A stretch of DNA of 64,000 nt from positions 129,267 through 193,266 of the forward strand of contig JADJCR010000003.1 of assembly GCA_016703125.1 (NCBI GenBank). Direction: 5' to 3'. The notes below the pieces were generated by a model. It had not been told where the DNA came from. It searched no databases and saw only the letters and a list, made by a program, of their open reading frames with translations. The position numbers were made by a program, and so were the translations under genes. Source of the stretch: Micrococcales bacterium (GTDB taxonomy: Bacteria; Actinomycetota; Actinomycetes; S36-B12; UBA10799). Shown piece after piece: positions 56,796 to 64,000 of this stretch (position 1 is the first letter of the stretch; every line of letters starts with the position of its first letter).

Positions 56796-58316
56796 GTGGT
56801 TTTTCCGACGATCGAGTTCGCGGCGTTCTTCGTCGTGGTGCTGCTCGCGTCGTGGTTGCTCATGCCCACGCCGAAGTACTGGAAGCCGTTCATCTTCGCC
56901 GCGTCGTTGGCGTTCTACGCGGCGGCCGACTGGCGCTGGGTGTTCCTGCTGCTCGCCTCGATCATTGGCAACCAGGCCGCCGCGACACTGATCAGCCGGA
57001 TGGCGCGGGGACCCGGGCGCAAGGCCGTGCTCGTCGCGGCGGTCGCGGGCAATCTGCTTCTGCTTGGGGTGTTCAAGTACCTCGGGTTCTTCGTCGACAG
57101 CGTGAACGGGCTGGTGAGCGCGTTCGGCTTCGAGGGCGAGCAGCAGGTGCTGGAACTGGCCCTGCCGGTCGGGATCTCGTTCTTCACGTTCCAGGCGATC
57201 AGTTACGTGGTCGATGTGTACCGCGAAAGGGCGCCGCTGGCCACGCCGATCAACACCGCCGTCTACCTGTCGTTCTTCCCGCATCTGGTCGCCGGACCGA
57301 TCGTGCGGGCCACGGAATTCATCCCGCAACTGGCCACGCCGCGCAGCCCGCGTAGCATCCCGGCAGCGCCGGCGCTTTTCCTCATCGCCGGCGGCTTGTT
57401 CAAGAAGGTCGTGCTCGCGGATTTCCTGGCCGTCAACCTGGTGGATCCGGTCTTCGGCAGTCCGCAGGCGTTCGGAGCCGTCGACACCGGTGTCGCGATC
57501 CTCGGGTACGCCGCGCAGATCTACTGCGACTTCTCCGGCTACACCGACATCGCGATCGGCCTGGCGATGCTGCTGGGATTCTGGTTCCCGCAGAACTTCG
57601 ACCAGCCCTACCGGGCGGCCAGCCTGCAGGAGTTCTGGCACCGCTGGCATATGACCCTGTCCCGCTGGCTGCGCGACTACGTGTACATCCCGCTCGGCGG
57701 CAGCCACAAGGGTCCCCGTCGCACCTACATCAACCTCATGCTCACGATGATCCTCGGTGGGCTGTGGCACGGCGCGGCGTGGACGTTCGTGATCTGGGGC
57801 ACCATGCACGGGTCGGGGCTGGCGGTGGAGCGCTGGGCCCGGCAGCGCGCTGCGAGCCTGCGCGCCCCCCGGGACATCGACCTGCGCGATGAACCGGAAC
57901 CGGCAGGTGGTGGCGACGTCACCCGCACGATGGTGATGGTCAAGCCGGCCCGCCTCGACGCGGTCGTCTCCCGCACGTACCCGAAGCCCGTGCTGTGGCT
58001 GGTGACGTTCGCGTTCGTGTGCTTCGCGTGGGTGTTCTTCCGGTCCCCGGATGTCGGCACCGCGCTCACGGTCCTGTCCCGGTTGGTGGTCGGATGGACC
58101 ACTGCCGCGACGCTGGTCACGCCGGCCGTTCTGGTCGCTCTGGTCGTGGCGTTCAGCACGCAGGTGACGCCCGCACGGCTGTGGGACCGCGTGGCGGTGC
58201 AGTTCAGCCGGCTGCCCTACTGGGCGCAGGGTGTGCTGTTCGGTGTGTTCCTGATCGTCATCGACACACTGGTCGGCCAGCAGGGTGTGGCCCCGTTCAT
58301 CTACTTCCGATTCTGA
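56796..58316 (+). CDS. MBOAT-family O-acyltransferase (AlgI/DltB/PatA-like)
   Basis: The track ORF starts at TTG 56790. GTG 56796, preceded by GAGGGG, gives VVFPTIEFAAFF... It is polytopic. The conserved His region is QEFWHRWHMTLSRWLRDYVYIPLGG. Confidence 0.85.
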   Translation: MVFPTIEFAAFFVVVLLASWLLMPTPKYWKPFIFAASLAFYAAADWRWVFLLLASIIGNQAAATLISRMARGPGRKAVLVAAVAGNLLLLGVFKYLGFFVDSVNGLVSAFGFEGEQQVLELALPVGISFFTFQAISYVVDVYRERAPLATPINTAVYLSFFPHLVAGPIVRATEFIPQLATPRSPRSIPAAPALFLIAGGLFKKVVLADFLAVNLVDPVFGSPQAFGAVDTGVAILGYAAQIYCDFSGYTDIAIGLAMLLGFWFPQNFDQPYRAASLQEFWHRWHMTLSRWLRDYVYIPLGGSHKGPRRTYINLMLTMILGGLWHGAAWTFVIWGTMHGSGLAVERWARQRAASLRAPRDIDLRDEPEPAGGGDVTRTMVMVKPARLDAVVSRTYPKPVLWLVTFAFVCFAWVFFRSPDVGTALTVLSRLVVGWTTAATLVTPAVLVALVVAFSTQVTPARLWDRVAVQFSRLPYWAQGVLFGVFLIVIDTLVGQQGVAPFIYFRF

Positions 58317-58326
58317 AGGCCCGGCC

Positions 58327-59439
58327 ATGACACACACCCTCCACGAGCCCCCCAAGGCCGACACCCCTGCGCCGCAGAAGCGCAACCGCGCGGACAGCTA
58401 TCACCCAGCCATGCACGGCTTCGAGGGCAAGCGGATGCCTGCCGGGCACATCTGGCTGGTCGTGGTCATCGCCCTGGGTGTGGCCGTCATCTTCAACTCC
58501 GGCGGCTTCCTGCGTGACGCCAACGGCATGCGACCCGGTGTCCTGAGGACGGTGGTCGTCGCGCTGGCCACTCCGATCGACGCCGCCGCGCAGTGGCTGC
58601 GCCTGGATCGTCCGCAGCAGGCGCTGGCGGGCGTGCTCGGCCAGGACACCGATGATGCCGACGGTGCGGCGCTGGTTTCCGACGAACCGGTCGCCGAGCC
58701 CGCCCCGGTGGCCACGGCCCCACCGATCACCAGCCCCACGGCTGCCGATCCGTTGCAGGTACTGGTCCTCGGTGACTCCCTGTCGACTTTCGTCGGCCAG
58801 CAGATGGCGGCGCAACTGGCCGACTCCCGGCTGGTGGACTTCACTTCCGTGTGGCGCAACGGCACTGGACTGACCAACCCGGCGTTCTTCAACTGGGAAT
58901 CCGGAGCCCGGTCGATCATCCGTGACAAGCGCCCAGAAGCCGTCGTGATGCTCGTGGGAGGCAATGAACGCAACGACATGACCGTGCGCGGGCAGACGCT
59001 GGTCCCCGGCACCGAAGCCTGGGAGAACGAGTACGAGCGCAGGGCGCGGGTGGTGATGCGGGCCATGATGCAGGAGGGCGTGCAGCGAGTCTTCTGGTCG
59101 GGGCCCCCGACTGCGCGCGACCCGCAGTGGAACGACGTCTACGCCGACGTCAACGCCGCACTGGCCCGCGCCGCCGCGTCCGTACCCGGGGTCACGTACG
59201 TCGACCTCTACGACGAGGATGCCGGGTTCGCCATGGAGGAGGTGGTCGACGGCGAGCAGGTGGTGGTACGGCAGCGCGACGGCATCCACTGGACGTACCC
59301 GGGATCGCTCACACCTGCCCGCGCCGAGATCGCGGCCATAGAGAGCGCATATGGTGATCTCCGGAACCAACGCCCGCCCACCACGGAGGTCCCCAGTGAC
59401 ACGCAGCCAACGACCGGGGCCGAACCTTCACGACCCTGA
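58327..59439 (+). CDS. membrane-anchored SGNH/GDSL-type hydrolase (DUF459-like), partner of the MBOAT gene
   Basis: Track ORF 58285..59439 trimmed to ATG 58327. One TM (IWLVVVIALGVAVIF). VLVLGDSLS (GDS block I), LVGGNE, DGIHW (block V). Confidence 0.75.
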   Translation: MTHTLHEPPKADTPAPQKRNRADSYHPAMHGFEGKRMPAGHIWLVVVIALGVAVIFNSGGFLRDANGMRPGVLRTVVVALATPIDAAAQWLRLDRPQQALAGVLGQDTDDADGAALVSDEPVAEPAPVATAPPITSPTAADPLQVLVLGDSLSTFVGQQMAAQLADSRLVDFTSVWRNGTGLTNPAFFNWESGARSIIRDKRPEAVVMLVGGNERNDMTVRGQTLVPGTEAWENEYERRARVVMRAMMQEGVQRVFWSGPPTARDPQWNDVYADVNAALARAAASVPGVTYVDLYDEDAGFAMEEVVDGEQVVVRQRDGIHWTYPGSLTPARAEIAAIESAYGDLRNQRPPTTEVPSDTQPTTGAEPSRP

Positions 59440-61851
59440 GAAGTTCGCCCGGGAATTCACCGAAGAACTTCGCTTCGGCCAGGGCGTCGACTTCGTCCGC
59501 GCCTCCGAGAGCGACCTGTACATGGCGCTGGCGCGCACTGTCCGCCAGGCGATGATCTCGCGCTGGATCGACACCCTCGAGACCCAGATCGGCCGGGGTT
59601 CCAAGGCGGTGGTCTACCTGTCGGCGGAGTACCTGCTGGGCAGGCAGTTGGACAATGCTTTGCTGGCGACAAACCTGCAAGCCACCGCCCGCCACGCGCT
59701 GGCCTCCCTGGATCTCGACCTCGACGAGTTGCGCGAGTTCGAGATCGAGCCGGGTCTGGGCAATGGCGGTCTGGGTCGCTTGGCGGCATGCTTCCTCGAC
59801 TCGCTGGCCACGATGTCCATCCCGGCGGTCGGGTACGGCATCCGCTACGAGTACGGGATCTTCCAGCAGAAGTTCAATGAGGACGGCCGGCAGGTCGAGG
59901 TGCCGGACTCGTGGCTGCGGCATGGCAACCCGTGGGAGTTCCCGCACCCGGAGATGTCCGTCAAAGTTGGCTTCGGCGGCACGATCACGCACAGCAACAA
60001 CGGAAGCCGCCGGGCGACGTGGACTCCGGAGACCACCATCGTCGCCGTGCCCTACAACTACATGGTTCCCGGCTATCGCTCGGACGCGGTGAACACCCTG
60101 CGGCTGTGGCGGGCCCAGGCGGCCGAGAACCTGGACCTGAAAGAGTTCAATTCGGGGACTTCCAGGCGGCGGTGCGCGCCCAGACCCAGGCTGAGTCGAT
60201 CTCCAAGATCCTGTACCCCGAGGACTCCACCCCGGCGGGCAAGCGCCTGCGCCTGCAGCAGCAGTACTTCTTCGTCGCGGCGTCCATCCACGACTTCATC
60301 CACAACGTCCTGCCCGGTGACTTCGACCTGCGCCGCCTGCACGAGCGGGTGGTGTTCCAGCTCAACGACACCCACCCCGTGATCGCCATCCCGGAACTCA
60401 TGCGCGTGCTGATGGACGAGAACGGCTTGCGCTGGGAGGAGGCCTGGGCGGTCACGCGCAAGTGCTTCGCCTACACCTGTCACACCTTGCTGCCGGAGGC
60501 GCTGGAGGTCTGGTCGGTCGAGTTGCTGGAGGAGTTGCTACCCCGGCACATGGAGATCATCTACCGCATCAACTCGCTGTTCCTCGAGGAGGTCGCTGAC
60601 GCGTTCCCGGGCAACGACTGGCGCGTGCGCCGGATGTCCATCATCGAGGAGCACCCGGAGCGCGCAGTGCGGATGGCCTACCTGGCCACGGTCGGCAGCA
60701 GCAAGGTCAACGGGGTGGCCGAGTTGCACAGCAAGCTGTTGCGCGAGCGCGTCCTGCCGGACTTCGCGGAGCTCTACCCGGGTCGCTTCACGAACGTGAC
60801 CAACGGGGTCACCCCGCGCCGTTTCCTGAAACTGGCCAACCCCGAACTGTCGGAGCAGATCACCGAACGGATCGGTCCGGACTGGGTCACCGACCTTGAG
60901 CGTCTGCGGGAACTCGACGCCTTCGCCGACGACCCGGAATTCCTCGAGGCGCTTCGCAAGGTCAAGTACCAGAACAAGATCCGGCTGGCAGAGATGCTCA
61001 AGAAGCGCGACGGCCTGAGTCTCAACGTCGACACCATGTTCGATGCGATGGTCAAGCGGCTGCACGAGTACAAGCGGCAGTTGCTCAAACTGCTGCACGT
61101 CGTGGTGCTGCACCAGCGGATCGGCGACGGCCAGCAGATCAAACCCCGCACCGTGCTGTTCGGGGCGAAGGCCGCCCCCGGCTACCTGATGGCCAAGGAG
61201 ATCATTGGCCTCATCAACTCGGTTTCCCAGACCATCGCCGAAGACCCCCGCGTCCAGGGGCAACTGGCCGTGGTCTTCCCGCCGAACTACAACGTCACTC
61301 TGGCCGAAACCCTGATCCCCGCCGCGGACCTGTCCGAGCAGATCTCGCTGGCGGGGAAGGAGGCATCCGGGACCGGCAACATGAAGTTCGCACTGAACGG
61401 TGCGTTGACCGTCGGAACGCTGGACGGTGCGAACGTCGAGATCCGGGACCTGGTCGGGAAGGACAACTTCTTCCTGTTCGGGATGACCGAGGAGCAGGCC
61501 CATGCGACCAAGGAGGCGGGCTACAACCCGCTGACGTACTTCGAGAGCGACCCGGTGCTGCGGCGGGCCCTTGAGGCGATCAGCCGTGGTGACTACTCAG
61601 GTGGGCGGTCGTTCGAATTCGGCCACGTCGTGGACTCGCTGCTCAGCGACGACCCGTACATGGTGTTGGCCGACTTCTCCTCCTACCTCGCCATCCAGGA
61701 CGAGGTAGGAGAGGCGTGGGCCGATCCGCAGCGTTGGGGGCGGATGGTGGTGCACAACATCGCACGTTCCGGGTTCTTCTCCTCGGACCGGTCGATCCGT
61801 GACTACCTCGACCGGATCTGGCACGCACCCGCGGTGCCGGTGCGCCACTGA
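59396..61851 (+). pseudogene. glgP: glycogen/maltodextrin phosphorylase (GT35), one frame shift
   Basis: GTG 59396 is preceded by GGAGG. ORF 59351..60382 (...GLGNGGLGRLAACFLDS...RLWRAQAAENLDLKEFNSG) continues in ORF 59911..61851 (DFQAAVRAQTQAESISKILYPEDS...EASGTGNMKFALNGA PLP-lysine site). The shift lies at G4 run 60154-60157. Confidence 0.85.
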
Positions 61852-61883
61852 TCGGTCCTGCCGGACGCACCTACCATGCACAG

Positions 61884-62993
61884 GTGCACTACCTGGATCA
61901 TGCCGCGACCACCCCGCTGCGCCCCCAGGCGCGCGAGGCGATGCTGCGGCAGTGGGGCGAAGTGGGCAATCCGTCGAGCCTGCACACGGCCGGCCGGCGC
62001 GCGCGGCGGGTGGTGGAGGAGGCCCGCGAGCAGATCGCGGCCCTGATCGGGGCGAAGCCCGCGGCCGTCATCTTCACCAGTGGCGGCACTGAGGCCGACA
62101 ACCTGGCGATCAAGGGTCTGGCGCGAGTGGGCGACCGGCGCCGGGTGCTGGTCTCGGCGATCGAGCACCACGCCGTGCTGGATCCGGCCGTGGCCCTTGC
62201 CGACGAGGGTTTCGTCGTCGATCGGATCCCGGTTGACCGCTGGGGCCGCGTGGACCCTGAGGTGCTTGCTGCGATGCTCGATGACGACGTCGCGCTGGTG
62301 GCTGTCATGTGGGCGAACAACGAGGTGGGCACCATCCAGCCCGTCGCGGACATCGCGCGGGTGTGCCGGACGCGGGGGGTGCCCTTCCATTGCGACGCCG
62401 TGCAGGCACTGGGGCAGATCGATGTGGACGTCGCGGGGATCCCGTCGGTCGCCCTGTCCGCGCACAAGGTCGGTGGCCCGGTGGGCGTGGGCGCCCTGGT
62501 GCTGGACCGGGACCAGCCGGTCGCGCCCCTGGTCCACGGCGGCGGCCAGGAGCGCGATGTCCGGTCCGGCACTCTGGATGCCGCCGGCATCGCGGGGTTC
62601 GCCGCTGCTCTGGCTGCCGACACCCACGACCTCACCGGGCTGCGGGACTCCTTGATCGACGGGATCCACGCGGCGGTTCCGGAAGCGGTGCTCAACGGGC
62701 ATCCGGAGGACCGGCTCGCCAACAACGTCCACTTCTCGTTCCCGGGATGCCCCGGGGATGCCCTGTTGATGCTGCTGGATGCCGCCGGCATCGCAGTGTC
62801 CACCGGGTCGGCCTGCACCGCCGGCATCCCGCAGCCCAGTCATGTGCTGGTGGCCATGGGCGCCGATGAGGCGGTCGCGCGCTCGTCGTTGCGGTTCTCC
62901 CTGGGCTGGAACAGCACGCAGGAGGACGTGACGGCGGTTGTCGAAGCGCTCCCGGCCGTGGTCCAGCGGGCCCGGCGGGCGGGGGGCCTGTGA
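61884..62993 (+). CDS. iscS: cysteine desulfurase (NifS/IscS family)
   Basis: GTG start. [11 protein letters not shown]..., [27 protein letters not shown]-lysine, STGSACTAG catalytic Cys. Immediately upstream of mnmA, as Rv3025c-Rv3024c. Confidence 0.85.
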   Translation: MHYLDHAATTPLRPQAREAMLRQWGEVGNPSSLHTAGRRARRVVEEAREQIAALIGAKPAAVIFTSGGTEADNLAIKGLARVGDRRRVLVSAIEHHAVLDPAVALADEGFVVDRIPVDRWGRVDPEVLAAMLDDDVALVAVMWANNEVGTIQPVADIARVCRTRGVPFHCDAVQALGQIDVDVAGIPSVALSAHKVGGPVGVGALVLDRDQPVAPLVHGGGQERDVRSGTLDAAGIAGFAAALAADTHDLTGLRDSLIDGIHAAVPEAVLNGHPEDRLANNVHFSFPGCPGDALLMLLDAAGIAVSTGSACTAGIPQPSHVLVAMGADEAVARSSLRFSLGWNSTQEDVTAVVEALPAVVQRARRAGGL

Positions 62994-64000
62994 TGCGGGT
63001 CATCGCCGCACTCTCCGGCGGGGTGGATTCCGCGGTGGCGGCCGCACGCTTGGTGGATGCCGGTCACGAGGTGACCGGGGTGCATCTGGCGCTGGCCGAG
63101 AAGCGCTACGCCGGTGGCGGCCGGGGGTGCTGCACGCTCGAGGACGTCCACGACGCACGCCGCGCCGCCGATGTGCTCGGCATCGCGTTCTACGTGTGGG
63201 ACTTCGCCGAACGGTTCCGGGAAACGGTGCTCGACGACTTCATCGAGGAGTACCGCGCCGGGCGCACGCCGAACCCCTGTGTGAGCTGCAACCAGCACAT
63301 CAAGTTCGCCGCGGTCCTCGAACGTGCCGTCGCCTTGGGGTTCGATGCAGTGGGCACCGGCCACTACGCGCGCACGGTCGACGGCCCCCACGGGGTGGAG
63401 CTGCACCGCGGCGTGGATCCGGCCAAGGACCAGTCGTACGTGCTGGCAGTTCTCGATGCGGAGCAACTGCGCCACTCGCTGTTCCCGTTGGGCGACACGT
63501 GCAAGCCCGACATCCGGCGGGAGGCCGCAGAACGCGGCTTGCTGGTCGCCGAGAAGCCGGACAGCCACGACATCTGCTTCATCCCGGACGGCGACACCCG
63601 CGGCTTCTTGCGCGAGCGGATCGGTGCGTCCGCCGGCCCCATCGTGGATGCCGAGTCGGGCCGGACACTGGGCGAGCACCCCGGGGCCGTGGGCTTCACG
63701 ATCGGCCAGCGCCGGGGGTTGCATCTGAGCCAGCCCGCTGCCGACGGTCAGCCGCGGTACGTCGTGGAGGTCGATGTGCCATCGAACACCGTGTTCGTGG
63801 GGACGCCGCGCAGACTGCGCGTGGTGGGCTTCGAGGTGGACCGGTTGCGCTGGACCGGTGACGTGGTGGACCAGGCCGAGGTGGAGGTCCAGATCCGCGC
63901 GCACGCCGATCCGGCGCCGGCTGTGCTGTTGGGCGGGCGTGTGGAACTGCGGCAGGAGATGTCGGGGGTGGCAGCCGGGCAGATCGCCGCGTTCTACGAC
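62993..64000 (+). CDS. mnmA: tRNA 2-thiouridine(34) synthase MnmA (3' end beyond the window)
   Basis: Not in the ORF track because the frame stays open to the window end. My translation from ATG 62993 (which overlaps the iscS stop) reads [32 protein letters not shown]...[16 protein letters not shown]...GTGHYAR...DQSYVL. Confidence 0.85.
   Translation, partial: MRVIAALSGGVDSAVAAARLVDAGHEVTGVHLALAEKRYAGGGRGCCTLEDVHDARRAADVLGIAFYVWDFAERFRETVLDDFIEEYRAGRTPNPCVSCNQHIKFAAVLERAVALGFDAVGTGHYARTVDGPHGVELHRGVDPAKDQSYVLAVLDAEQLRHSLFPLGDTCKPDIRREAAERGLLVAEKPDSHDICFIPDGDTRGFLRERIGASAGPIVDAESGRTLGEHPGAVGFTIGQRRGLHLSQPAADGQPRYVVEVDVPSNTVFVGTPRRLRVVGFEVDRLRWTGDVVDQAEVEVQIRAHADPAPAVLLGGRVELRQEMSGVAAGQIAAFYD

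Overview
High-G+C actinobacterial chromosomal segment with about 60 genes and 2 tRNAs. I see no rRNA, CRISPR, transposase or integrase. Most of it is housekeeping. The gene order matches Mycobacterium tuberculosis blocks as I recall them (from memory, not searched): clpS-DUF2017-mec-cysO-cysM-murI-MBL-rph-rdgB (Rv1331-Rv1341-like), murT/gatD, glgB-glgE (plus glgX and glgP), an MGLP-type polysaccharide cluster next to etfBA, and iscS-mnmA. The MGLP-type cluster holds an enoyl-CoA hydratase, a methyltransferase, a hexapeptide acetyltransferase, GT4, GH57 and a second methyltransferase. Three regions look accessory. (i) At 12.5-17.8 kb, a ~1,760-aa secreted FG-GAP/CARDB/FN3 surface protein is read in five frames. 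(ii) At 23.7-31.2 kb, after tRNA-Lys and an MFS gene, lies an orphan actinobacterial T4SS-like module: CHAP hydrolase, VirB2-like, VirB6-like, SCO6880-like and VirB4-like ATPase, with no relaxase, coupling protein or integrase. It abuts two tandem secreted PLD (HKD) paralogues that share a polybasic C-terminal tail; one carries an in-frame amber codon. (iii) An ECF Ni/Co transporter sits behind a perfect 29-bp palindrome resembling a Nur (Fur-family) box. Non-coding oddities are nested inverted repeats upstream of rph and a 122-bp/36-bp minisatellite after etfA. At least ten single-base frame disruptions, mostly at G/C runs, look more like assembly indel errors than gene decay, so every pseudogene call carries that caveat. 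No clearly novel multi-gene system can be proven from sequence alone; the T4SS-like/PLD island and the giant surface protein are the best leads.
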